Source of the DNA: an uncultured delta proteobacterium
Lineage (GTDB): Bacteria; Myxococcota; Myxococcia; Myxococcales; Myxococcaceae
Reading direction: 5' to 3'
DNA: 64,000 bases
NCBI GenBank assembly: GCA_963771175.1
Contig: CAVYSY010000026.1
Span: 320,001 to 384,000, forward strand
The notes beneath the pieces were generated by a model, which saw only the letters and a list, made by a program, of their open reading frames with translations, was not told the origin of the DNA and did no database searches. The position numbers and the translations under genes were made by a program. The first letter of the stretch is position 1. The number at the start of each line of letters is the position of its first letter. Shown one piece after another: positions 40,637 through 50,585 of the stretch.

Positions 40637-41824
40637 TTAGAAGGAGAAATCCCGCTCGAAGAGCTCGCTGTTGCCCACCCGCACCATCAGGTGGGCGGAG
40701 CGACCGCCGGCACCGGTACCGAGGTCGAACTCGAGACCTTCCGGACCTTGCTGGGGCTTGAGCGAGGGCTTGCCGGGGGCGAGGAACACCGCCGCGGTCA
40801 CGGCACGGCCCGAGAGGGGTTGCACCAGGAGCCGGGAGCGCTGGCGCTCGCGAACGAGCACCACGCGGAACTCCCGCCGCTCCTCGAGGACTTCGCGATG
40901 CTCGGGGTGGCGCGCGGCACCGGGCCTGCGCGCGGGGGCGGGCTCACGCGAGGAACGGGCAACGGGCATGGGCTGCTCCTCGTCCCGCAGCGCCTTCTCG
41001 ATGGCGTTGTCCCCCTCCTCCAGGGCCCAGATGGCCTGCGCGCAATCGAGGCATTTCTGCGTGTGGCGATCCACCCAGGCCAGCTCGTTCGCGGACATCA
41101 TCCCCATGTCGAAGCGCCACAACTCGTCTTCGCTCAGGTGGAGCAACTGCCCCTTGGGTGGCTCCTCGACGCTCGCGGTGCTCTGGAGATCCGCGCGACA
41201 GTCGGGGCAACTCCGCAGGTGGGGACTCGGTCGCTCGGGCTCGTTGCCCAGGGCCGCCAGGAAGTCGTCACAGTCCGCGCGATCGTTGAACCACCAGGCG
41301 AGTGTCCTCTCGGCGGCATCGAGCACGTCGCGCTCGGCTCTGCGCTGCGCGTTGAGGGGGATGAACCAGCGGGCCTTCGAACGGAGCGCGGCGTCCAGAC
41401 GTCCGAGGCCCTCGCGAAACGCCTTCAACCGCGATGCTGAGTCTCCGTCGAGCGCGCCATGAAGTGCTTCCCACTCGCCTATCGCGCGGACGGCGGACTC
41501 GGCCCTGTCTCGCGCGGAGAGACCTTCCAACGAGGAGCTGCGCCACACCTCGGACTCCACGCCGTCTTCCCCGAGGGCCACCTCGGCGGCCTCCTCCGCG
41601 GCACGGAGGAGCGCGGGCTGGAGCGCCTCGGGCTTCTGCGCTCGGAGCCAGGTGTCGATGTCCGCACGACTCAAGCCCCGCAGGGCCTGCTCCACTCCGT
41701 CCCGTCCCAACCGCTCGCCGCGCCGGAGAACGTCTCCAATCGCCACGAGGGAACCGTCCGCGGGAGCGCTACCCCGCGCGAGCTGCTCACGACGGGACTG
41801 ATAACGAGAGAGTGTGTCGGACAT
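40637..41824 (-). CDS. Putative soluble zinc-binding anti-sigma factor
   Basis: Directly downstream of the ECF sigma; two Hx3Cx2C motifs (HLRSCPDC, HTQKCLDC); no obvious TM segment. Confidence 0.65.
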   Translation of the reverse strand: MSDTLSRYQSRREQLARGSAPADGSLVAIGDVLRRGERLGRDGVEQALRGLSRADIDTWLRAQKPEALQPALLRAAEEAAEVALGEDGVESEVWRSSSLEGLSARDRAESAVRAIGEWEALHGALDGDSASRLKAFREGLGRLDAALRSKARWFIPLNAQRRAERDVLDAAERTLAWWFNDRADCDDFLAALGNEPERPSPHLRSCPDCRADLQSTASVEEPPKGQLLHLSEDELWRFDMGMMSANELAWVDRHTQKCLDCAQAIWALEEGDNAIEKALRDEEQPMPVARSSREPAPARRPGAARHPEHREVLEERREFRVVLVRERQRSRLLVQPLSGRAVTAAVFLAPGKPSLKPQQGPEGLEFDLGTGAGGRSAHLMVRVGNSELFERDFSF

Positions 41825-41853
41825 GCGAGTACCCTCCTTCGGGTACAAAGGGC

Positions 41854-42516
41854 TCACTCCTGCCCGCCCTCCTTCTGGAGGTCGAGCAGGTAGAGCTTCA
41901 GGTAGGCCTGTGCGCGGCTGACGCGCTTGTACGAGTTGACCACGGTGATGTTGAGTCTCCGGGCGCATTCCTCGTGGTCCTCTACGTCCTGGTGGTGGTA
42001 CAGGTCCCACGCACCAGCTTCCTTGGGATGCTCACGCTGCAGGCGCTCGAAGGCGCGCCAGTAGAGTTCCTGGGCCTCGGTGCGCTCCTCGTCCCGCCGC
42101 GACTTGTCCATCGCGCGGTGCGCATCGACGGGCGACTCCTCCGGAGCCTCATCGGGGTTGGCCACGGCTGGCGCGAGGTCCTCGCGCTGCCGCCGGTAGA
42201 AGTCGATGGCCACGTGCTTGACGATGCGCAGGAAGAACGTCTTGGGAGACGCACTGCGCCCGGGCATCTGCTCGGAGACACCGCGGAACTGGTCGAGGCC
42301 GCGGTCGAGGAACTTGCCGATCGCGTCCTGGTAGAGCTCGTCCGCGTCCGCTGGAGAGCCGCGGCCATAGCTGGCCTGGATTTTGGAAATGACGTAGCGG
42401 GCCGGACGGGCCCAGCGCTCGCAGAGCGCGCCAAGCGGGGCTCCGACCGCCTCACCCGCGGCGCGGCGTTGGAGCACCTCTGCGAACAGTTCGTCATCCG
42501 TGAGCTCGTCGAACAC
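41854..42516 (-). CDS. ECF RNA polymerase sigma factor
   Basis: DADELYQDAIGKFL, FFLRIVKHVAIDFYRR, HEECARRLNITVVNSYKRVSRA. Confidence 0.85.
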   Translation of the reverse strand: MFDELTDDELFAEVLQRRAAGEAVGAPLGALCERWARPARYVISKIQASYGRGSPADADELYQDAIGKFLDRGLDQFRGVSEQMPGRSASPKTFFLRIVKHVAIDFYRRQREDLAPAVANPDEAPEESPVDAHRAMDKSRRDEERTEAQELYWRAFERLQREHPKEAGAWDLYHHQDVEDHEECARRLNITVVNSYKRVSRAQAYLKLYLLDLQKEGGQE

Positions 42517-42682
42517 CGGAAGGACCTCGGAGCGCCGCCAGGAGGCAAGAGACCCCCGCCTGGGCAGGGTGGGGTTCGGTGAAACGGCGGGTCAAGGTAG
42601 CACGACGGCATCCGAAGGCAGCCTCCCGATTACACCAGCGCCGTGTGTCCGACAGCGGGCACACGAAGGGCGTCTGAAAGGC

Positions 42683-42711
42683 AGGACGGAACCCGGGGGG
42701 GATTCCTGACG
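42683..42711 (-). promoter_or_regulatory. Putative autoregulatory ECF promoter of the sigma/anti-sigma operon
   Basis: Reverse strand CGTCAG-GAATCCCCCCCGGGTTC-CGTCCT (17-nt spacer). Confidence 0.7.
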
Positions 42712-42792
42712 GGGGGATTTTCCGGCCCATTTTTCCGGGCCCGGGTCCCCCCCGGCCGGACAGACCTCGCCCTGAACGCCCGGATAGCCTCC

Positions 42793-42822
42793 CGTCAGGA
42801 GGGGCGGCTGCGCCCCGTCCCT
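42793..42822 (+). promoter_or_regulatory. Putative ECF promoter of the metallophosphoesterase
   Basis: CGTCAG-GAGGGGCGGCTGCGCCC-CGTCCCT (17-nt spacer). Confidence 0.7.
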
Positions 42823-42854
42823 GCGGCTGAATTCAATTTAAAGGAAGCATCACC

Positions 42855-43559
42855 ATGTCCCGCACCATCGTCATCGGAGACCTCCACGGGTGTTACGACG
42901 AAGCCCTGGAGCTTCTCGACCGCGTGGGCGCCACCTCGAGTGATCGGATCATCTTCACGGGTGACCTCGTCGACCGAGGCCCCAAGCGCCGCGAGTGCGT
43001 CGAGCTGGCCATGCAGCACGAGTCCATCCTCGGCAACCACGAGGAGAAGCACCTGCAGCAGCGCCGCCGCAAGGACGCCGACCTCCTGCCGGATCATCTG
43101 GAGACCCGGCAGGTCCTCGGCCCCGAGCACCTCGAGTACTTCGCCACCCTGCCCCACTTCATCCGCCTGCCCGAGCACAACGCCGTCGTCGTCCACGCCG
43201 GAGTGCTGCCCGGAAAGGCCATCGAGGAGCAGGACACCTATCACCTGCTCCATGCCCAGTGCGTGAGGCCCCCGGAGCGCAAGAGCTTCTGGCCCTCCAA
43301 GGCGCCCACCGACTACCGCTTCTGGACGCACCACTGGAAGGGCCCCGAGCGCGTCATCTTCGGGCACACCGTGTTCGACCGGCCGCTCGTCACCGAGCAC
43401 GCGGTGGGCATCGACACCGGGTGCGTCTACGGCCGCTCGCTCACGGCGGTGGTGCTCCCCACGTGGGAGCTCGTCTCGGTGCCCGCGCGCCAGACGTACC
43501 GGGGCGGCAAGGACGTGGCCCTGCTCCCGGTCCACGGCGATGTGAACGTGTTCTCGTGA
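42855..43559 (+). CDS. Calcineurin-like metallophosphoesterase (PrpE/ApaH/Pnkp-phosphatase type)
   Basis: GDLHG, GDLVDRG, GNHE, VHAG, FGH, IDTG motifs. Confidence 0.9.
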   Translation: MSRTIVIGDLHGCYDEALELLDRVGATSSDRIIFTGDLVDRGPKRRECVELAMQHESILGNHEEKHLQQRRRKDADLLPDHLETRQVLGPEHLEYFATLPHFIRLPEHNAVVVHAGVLPGKAIEEQDTYHLLHAQCVRPPERKSFWPSKAPTDYRFWTHHWKGPERVIFGHTVFDRPLVTEHAVGIDTGCVYGRSLTAVVLPTWELVSVPARQTYRGGKDVALLPVHGDVNVFS

Positions 43560-43627
43560 GCTGACCCCGGCCGACAGGGACCTTCGGTGACCTTCGAGCG
43601 CGAACCGGCATAGAATCCAGGGAGCCA

Positions 43628-44383
43628 ATGACTGAGAGTTCGGACAAATCCTCCCGGGATGACGATTCCTCGATGGACACTGGCGATTCCCAGCCCAGTT
43701 GGCGGCTCCGAGGGCCGCTGCAGGATTTCCGGATCGTCAGGAGGCTCAGCCGGACCGGGGAAGAGACTCATGAGAGCGTTCCCGGGATCTTGCTCGTGGC
43801 CGAGCTGGATCGCTGGCTCTCCTCCGTCTCCAGCAGAAGAGTCTGTCACGAGTTGTACGAGGCCGTTACCGGCATGGGCTCAAGCGACCTCTTGCTCTAC
43901 CAACGGTCAGACCGACCGGAGCAGATCAGGCGTCGCCTGGCGAAGGCTTTTCGCGACGGCGAGCTGCTGGCCTTGCCGCTCGGGCCCCCTCGCATCCGCT
44001 CAGGCGGTGGGCCGAAGTCTGCGGGCACTGCCCCCGTCCTGGTCCCCCGACTGCCCGACAGCATGGCGGTGGACAACAGTGCGCCCGAGGAGCAGAAGCC
44101 GAAAGAAACGAAGGCGGACGAGAAGGAAGCCGAGCTGTCGTGGGTGGCCTTCGAGCTCGTCGACGAGGATGGCACACCGATAAGCGACGTCCGCTACCGC
44201 GTGGTTCTCCCCAACGGAGAGGTGCGCGAGGGTACGCTCGATTCCCAGGGCCAGGCGATCATCGAAGATATCGCCAAGGGCACGTGCAAGATCTTCTTCC
44301 CTGACCTGGATGACAGCGATGAGTCTCAGGGCGGCGAATCCGAGAGCGACGAGTCCGACAGCGGCGAAGAGGACGACCTGTAG
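43628..44383 (+). CDS. Hypothetical protein with C-terminal carboxypeptidase-regulatory-like beta-sandwich
   Basis: WVAFELVDEDGTPISDVRYRVVLPNGEVREGTLDSQG..IAKGTCKIFFPDLD; acidic tail. Confidence 0.6.
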   Translation: MTESSDKSSRDDDSSMDTGDSQPSWRLRGPLQDFRIVRRLSRTGEETHESVPGILLVAELDRWLSSVSSRRVCHELYEAVTGMGSSDLLLYQRSDRPEQIRRRLAKAFRDGELLALPLGPPRIRSGGGPKSAGTAPVLVPRLPDSMAVDNSAPEEQKPKETKADEKEAELSWVAFELVDEDGTPISDVRYRVVLPNGEVREGTLDSQGQAIIEDIAKGTCKIFFPDLDDSDESQGGESESDESDSGEEDDL

Positions 44384-44425
44384 CCAGTTCTCTCTCGTCC
44401 CAGCGCCAGGGCCCGCGGCAGGCGC

Positions 44426-44575
44426 TCAGGCGGAGAAGATGAACAGCCGCTTCTTGACGACAATCTTGACCCAGGTCTCGGTCTGGGCCTTCAGGCCCGC
44501 GGTCGCGAGCTTCTCGCGGGAGACGGTGACCCGCTTCTTCTCCGATTCCGTTGCCTTGGGTTTCGAGCGCGCCAT
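44426..44575 (-). CDS. Small basic hypothetical protein (49 aa)
   Basis: GAGGAG upstream; MARSKPKATESEKKRVTVSREKL... Confidence 0.35.
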   Translation of the reverse strand: MARSKPKATESEKKRVTVSREKLATAGLKAQTETWVKIVVKKRLFIFSA

Positions 44576-44901
44576 GGTTGCGTCCTGCTCCTCTTTGGTT
44601 CCTTGACGAATCCTGCCGTGCTTCGCTCCGGTGGGGAAGCCCCAGGGGCTCGGCTCGCCCGGAACGCATTGCCACGCGCTACGGCGCGAGCCACGGGCGC
44701 TGTCGCCAGGTGCGCGGCGCCGTCGTACGCTTCTCCCGTTCCTTCGCAATCTCCCCATCCGTCAGCCAGGGGATTTTGTCGGGGTACTTGAAGGCGAAGA
44801 ACTCGAAGTCATCCTTTCCCAGCGCTCCGGGGCGACCTGCGCTGCAGGGGCGCGGGACCTTGGGCACCTCAGCTTCGGAGTGGAGCGCCTTACGTCCGGC
44901 G

Positions 44902-44926
44902 GCGGGTTCGATTCCCGCCTCCACCA
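44902..44926 (+). other. Isolated tRNA/tmRNA 3'-end remnant
   Basis: GCGGG-TTCGATT-CCCGC T-arm followed by CTCCACCA; no matching 5' half found. Confidence 0.5.
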
Positions 44927-45010
44927 GCAGCGTGGCGTCAGGCAGGGTGCGGTCCCCCGCTTTTTGAAGGCATTCTCTACCGAGGGTAACCGGGGCAAGC
45001 CCACGGATCT

Positions 45011-46627
45011 TCAGGCGACATCCGAGGCGAGTGCAGTCCTTCTCACCGGGCTGACGCCCGCGGCGCCCACCCCGAGCTCGGCGGCGAGTGCCTCCAGGGC
45101 GGCGGGAGCGATGCGCGGATCCTGCCGCAAGTGACCCAGCGCGCGAGCCGATTCGGCCGCTCCGGGCTCGGCACTCTGCACCTGGACGACGAAGGCCGAT
45201 GCGCACAGCAGGGCTCTCGCGGCACACCCCGCGGTGGAGGCGGAGTCGCGCCCCGCGAGCAGCACGGCGGAGAGGATCTCATTCACCTCCGGGAGCGCAC
45301 CGCCCGCCAGGGTACGCACGCGCGAGAGTGTGGGGAGGATGAAGCGCCGGGGCTCCTCCAGCCGCGCGGCGAGCGCGAGCGTGCGGGCCGCCGTAACGGC
45401 CAGCATCTCCTCGCCATCACCGCCGCCCAGGTGCGCCACACAGCGGCGCGTGAGCCTTACCAGCAGCGGAGCCAACGCCGCGCTGCCTCCAATCAAACCC
45501 AGGGCCTCGTCGAGCAACCGCGCGTGACAGTCCTCGATTCGCGCGGGCAAGGGCCGCACGGGCGCCTCCACTCGCGCCACGGGAGGCTCCTCGAAGGCCG
45601 CGTCCGGAGGAGGTGGAGGCTCCACGGGGAGCAGCACCGGCGGAGGACCCGCGTGGCTCCGCTTGCCTGGCTCCGTCCGAGCAACGGGGAACAGCACGGG
45701 CGGACGCAGTGGGGTCCTGTCGCAGAGAGAGAGCTCCTCGCCAGCCGCACCGGCCAGGTCCTCCGAGAGAATCGAGCGGCGCTCGGGGAAGATCCGGGCG
45801 AAGAGACTGGCGATGTCGAGCTGGTCCACGCAGAGCTGACGCTCCTCGAGGAAGCGACGCAGGATGTCCGAGAGCTCGCGCGCCGAACGGAGCCGGGCCT
45901 CGGGATCCGCTGCGAGGGCGCGGAGCAGCACGGTCCAGAGCGACGGCGGACACCCGGGCAGCGGCTCCAGGCCGCGCTCGTCGAAGGCGCCGATCTGCTG
46001 GACGACCTGGGGAGAGTCCTCGAAGAGGGGCCGCCTGGCGAGCAGCTCGTAGAGGATCGACCCGAGGCGGAAGACGTCGCCGCGGGCCTCCACGAGGCGA
46101 CCTCGGGCCTGCTCGGGCGTGAGGTAGCGGGGCTCGCTCCGGACCCCCCCCGGGTCCACGAGCTTCACTTCACCAAGGCTGGAGATCCACACCAGGGAAG
46201 GCTGGAGGCCACGGTGGCCAGAGCGTGCGCGATGCAGATGGGCGAGGCCCTCGGCCACCTGCTGCACAATGAAACACACCTCGCGCAGCCCGATCGCCCC
46301 CCCGCGCGCCCCCACCTCATCCAGCAGGGAGTGCAGGTTCTCTCCGTCCACGAGCTCCAAGACCCGGCAGGGCTGGCCGTTGCTCACGCCCGTGCCCAAC
46401 ACCCGCACGACATTCGTGTGCGGGAGCGCGGCGGACGTCCTGGCCGAGCCCAGGAAGAGCTCGACGAAGATGACATCCCGCGCGGACTCGGGCAGCAGGC
46501 GCTCGATGCACACGGGCATCTCCGCCCCCTCGGCATCCACCGCCTTACCGAGGAGCACCTCGGCCACGGCGTTTCGCGACAGCGTCCGAACGATGCGATA
46601 GGTCCCCACGAGCGCCCCCAGCCCCAC
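45011..46627 (-). CDS. Ser/Thr protein kinase-fold protein lacking catalytic residues (pseudokinase)
   Basis: Kinase framework (LPHTNVVRV, LELVDGENL, YLTPEQARG, DVFRLGSILYELL) but VCIERL, HRGLQPS and LVDPG in place of VAIK, HRDxKxxN and DFG. Confidence 0.75.
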   Translation of the reverse strand: MGLGALVGTYRIVRTLSRNAVAEVLLGKAVDAEGAEMPVCIERLLPESARDVIFVELFLGSARTSAALPHTNVVRVLGTGVSNGQPCRVLELVDGENLHSLLDEVGARGGAIGLREVCFIVQQVAEGLAHLHRARSGHRGLQPSLVWISSLGEVKLVDPGGVRSEPRYLTPEQARGRLVEARGDVFRLGSILYELLARRPLFEDSPQVVQQIGAFDERGLEPLPGCPPSLWTVLLRALAADPEARLRSARELSDILRRFLEERQLCVDQLDIASLFARIFPERRSILSEDLAGAAGEELSLCDRTPLRPPVLFPVARTEPGKRSHAGPPPVLLPVEPPPPPDAAFEEPPVARVEAPVRPLPARIEDCHARLLDEALGLIGGSAALAPLLVRLTRRCVAHLGGGDGEEMLAVTAARTLALAARLEEPRRFILPTLSRVRTLAGGALPEVNEILSAVLLAGRDSASTAGCAARALLCASAFVVQVQSAEPGAAESARALGHLRQDPRIAPAALEALAAELGVGAAGVSPVRRTALASDVA

Positions 46628-46756
46628 ACCTGCCCGTCTCCCCGAACACTCTCGGGGCCGGGCAACCTGGGCATCGCTAGGAAGCTAGGAAGCTCGCCTG
46701 GACCGGCACCCCGCCCTGAGGTTGGGATTGCCCGCCTTGCAGTGGACATCTCCCGC

Positions 46757-47185
46757 CTAGGGCGCGGTCATGAGGCCCAGCACCTTCGCGCCTGCCGACT
46801 TCGCCCCGTCGAGCGCGGCCACCACCCTACCGTAGGGAGCGCGATCATCCGCCGTGAAGAACAGGACTCTGTCCTGCACGGGCATGGCGGCAAGGATGCG
46901 TGTCAGGCGCGGGACATAGTCCGCCTCGCTGACGGGCTCGTTGTTGAGGGTAAGCAGCCCCTCGGGGCTGATGGCCACCACCACCTGCTGGGTCTCTCGT
47001 GGCGCCTCGCTCGGCGTCTCTTCCTCTGTCAGAGGGAGCTTGACGTCGATGTCCTTCTCCATGAGCGGTGTCACCACCATGAAGATGATGAGCAACACGA
47101 GCACCACATCCACGAGAGGGGTGACGTTGATGTCCGCGTTCGCGTGGCCTTGAGGAAGAACGAAGGCCTTCTTGTGGGTGCGCAT
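46757..47185 (-). CDS. ExbD/TolR family protein
   Basis: DINVTPLVDVVLVLLIIFMVVTP, ADDRAPYGRV. Confidence 0.9.
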   Translation of the reverse strand: MRTHKKAFVLPQGHANADINVTPLVDVVLVLLIIFMVVTPLMEKDIDVKLPLTEEETPSEAPRETQQVVVAISPEGLLTLNNEPVSEADYVPRLTRILAAMPVQDRVLFFTADDRAPYGRVVAALDGAKSAGAKVLGLMTAP

Positions 47186-47198
47186 CGTGGACCTCCCG

Positions 47199-47618
<420 letters not shown>

Positions 47619-47734
47619 GAGGGTCCGCGCTCCTTCGTGAGGGGGAGAAAGCAAGACCACCGTACGCGGCCACACGAGGGCGTTGGCCGGCATGCCCTCA
47701 TGCTTCCGTCATGGTTTCGTCATCTCCGCCGACC

Positions 47735-47763
47735 TGTCAGGAATGAGGGGCCGCCACGTCCCT
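47735..47763 (+). promoter_or_regulatory. Putative ECF promoter of the vWA operon
   Basis: TGTCAG-GAATGAGGGGCCGCCA-CGTCCCT (16-nt spacer). Confidence 0.7.
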
Positions 47764-47798
47764 TCGCGCAGAACGACTCGCGCCCAGCGGAGGGGCAC

Positions 47799-49567
47799 AT
47801 GACCACCCAGAACCAGACCACCCCCACGCTCCCCGAGGCCCAGCGCGGCCCGGCGGAGAAGCTCCTGGACCTCGTCCTCGGGGGCTCCGCGCACCTGTGG
47901 CACAACCGCCCGGGCCTGGACGTGAACGGCGTCTGGCACCCGGCCCAGGCGGCGAAGCCGGACCTCGTCCGCCGCGGCACCCCGGTGAAGCCCGGCCTCT
48001 TCGTGCCCGCCGCGGTGAAGCTCTACGGCCAGCTGCTGGACATCTACCGGCTCAACACGGACCTGATGGCGCACTTCGCCTCCTACGCGCTCACGCAGAC
48101 GGACTGGCGCGATCTCAAGGTGGCCACCTGCGCGCTGATGCTCGTGCAGAGCCACTCCGGGCAGCCCGTGCGCGAGGACGACGGCTCCATCGCGTTCCAC
48201 GACGACGACTTCCGCGCCATCGGCGAGGCCATGCTCCTCCACTACGAGCGCAAGTCCACGCGCATGCTCACGCCCAAGGCGGTGCTGCGGGTGGCCGAGC
48301 TGCTCGAGACGCCGGAGATCGCCCGCCTCAACCGCGAGGCCGGCTTCGGTGACCCCGCGTCCCGCAAGCCGCCGCTCGGCCGCTGGAAGCGCGTGGCGAC
48401 GAAGTGGCTGCGGCTGCGCGAGCAGAACCTGCCCATGCTCCAGGGCCTGGTGAAGGCCGGCTACAAGGAGACGCTCAAGAGGATCGCCCGCAAGGCCGGT
48501 TACAAGCCGGTGTCGCAGGCCTTCTTCGAGGTGCTCGGCTGGAAGCAGAAGCAGGCGGCCGCGGGCCACCGCTCGGTGGGCCTGGAGGGACTCAAGCTCG
48601 TCAAGCGGGAGCGCTTCGACGGGCTCTCGGAGGCGGAGATCTGCGAGTGGATCGAGCTGGAGCGCCTCTCCTACAAGGAGGTGGTGGGCCGGCTGCCCAA
48701 GGACCTGGGCCTGACGCCGGCCATCATGGCGGCGCTCCTGCCCTCGCTGTCGGACCGCGACTTGCGCATGCTGACGCCCACGCTCGAGGAGCTGGGGCTG
48801 ATGTCCGACCCCGCGATCCGCGCGCGCTGGGAGAAGGCGGTCGCAGACGGCGACCGACCAGCGCGCGCTCCACATCGCGAAGAACGTCCGCAGCCAGGAG
48901 CTGAAGGCGAAGCTGGAGGAGGCGAGCGACAACGCGGCGAAGGCGGCGGTGGCGGAGGCGACGGCCGAGACGGACGTGAGGGTGATGTTCCTCATCGACA
49001 AGTCGGGCTCCATGGAGGGCGCCATCGAGCAGTCCAAGGAGGCGCTGTCGCGCATCCTCGCCGGCTTCCCGCTGGAGAAGCTGCACATCGCGTCGTTCGA
49101 CACGATGGGCACGGTGCTGAAGCCCAAGGCGGCGAGCCGGGCGGCGGTGCAGCACATGCTCGCAGGGGATTCAGGCGTCGGGCGGCACGACGCACGCGGC
49201 CGGTGTGCATGCGCTGCACCGGGCGGGAGTGCGGGTGCCGGAGGAGGCGAAGCTCGTCGTCATCGTCGTGGGTGACGAGGCCGGCGAGGCGGGTGACCAG
49301 TTCGCCCGCGCCTTCCGCGAGTGCGGCTACAGCGTGGCCGCCATGGCGCTGCTGGTGAGCGTGGCCAGCACGCGGGGCAGCACCGTGCGCACGTGCGCGG
49401 CGCAGCTCCGGGTGCCGTTCAGCGAGGTGCAGGTGGACCAGTTCGAGGACCCGTACCAGGTCCCCCGCGTGCTCAAGGCGCTGATGGACGCGCCGACGGC
49501 GACCGGGGCCAGCCAGTCCGGCTGGGTCGAGCGGGTGATGCGCACGCCGCTGCTGAAGGTGGCGTGA
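47799..49567 (+). CDS. Large helical N-domain + C-terminal vWA domain protein (frameshifted)
   Basis: MIDAS motif FLIDKSGSMEG, then GGT and VVGDE elements; frameshifts near 48845 and 49165. Confidence 0.8.
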
Positions 49568-49574
49568 GAGAGGA

Positions 49575-50575
49575 GTGGGTGTCGTGGACTACCGGAAGTT
49601 CCTCGGGAAGGTGGAGTCGGCGGTGCTGCCCTACTTCGGCGGCGCCTCCGTCGACGCGGCCTCGCGGCGCCTCCGCGTGTCCACGCCGCCCGCTCCGGGC
49701 TGGTGGCGCTTCGACGTGCAGGGGCGCACCGCCACCGCGCGGGAGCCGGCCGAGCCGGAAGGGCTCGACGGGCTCCCGCTCATTCGTGGACATCTCTGGG
49801 GCTCGCGGTTGGTGCGCGAGGGCGCGGTGGCCGAGCCGGTGAAGCTCCTCCCCGAGGAGGAGCCGCCGCGCTTCTCGCCGCTGCGCGCCCGGCGCTGGCA
49901 TGACGGGACGCTCGTCTTCGAGGGGCTCGACTTCGAGGGCGAGGCCGAGGGCACCGCACGCCTCCTGTTGGAGGAAGGCCGGGCGCTCGCGGAGGTGAAG
50001 GCCGTGCCGGCGTCGCTGCGGGCGGCCTTCGGTTACGCGGTGCTGGAGGGTGCCTCGCGCGCGCTCGGCATCCGCTTCTCCCCGGTCGAGGTGCGTGGAC
50101 AGGTGCTGTCCGTGTCCGAGGGAGGCCGTCCCGCGGCCGAGGCCCGGCTGCGGGCCCTGGCCGCCGAGCGCGAGGCCCACGTGCGGGCAGTGGAGGCACG
50201 GCCACGGGCGCGTGGAGGTCCAGCGGCAGCGGGCGGTGGAGGAGGTCCGGCTGCAGGCGGAACTGGCGCGACTGCGGAGCCAGCCGCGTCACCTGCAGCA
50301 GCAGGCGCAGGGGGCCGTGCGGGTGGAGCGGGCGTTGGAGGCGGCGGGGGCGCGGCTGCTCGACACGCGGCGGCTGGGGAGCGAGCGGCTCGAGGTGACG
50401 TTCGGCTTCATGGGCGAGCGCTTCATCAGCATCGTCGAGGCGAGACACGCTGCAGGTGGTGGACGCGGGCATCTGCCTCGCGGGAGCGGACCGGGAGGTG
50501 ACGCTGGAGAGCCTGCCGTCGGTCATCCGCGAGGCCATCGAGGACGACGTGCTGGTCATCACCCGGCACGCGTGA
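49575..50575 (+). CDS. Hypothetical protein with coiled coil and C-terminal E2-like DAGICL motif (frameshifted)
   Basis: Joined frames end ...LEVTFGFMGERFISIV...LQVVDAGICLAGADREVTLESLPSVIREAIEDDVLVITRHA*. Confidence 0.6.
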
Positions 50576-50585
50576 GGGCCTTCCC

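Noticed and set aside
44630..44926. Complete tmRNA or tRNA gene
   Set aside because: No complementary 5' acceptor strand or cloverleaf could be found upstream
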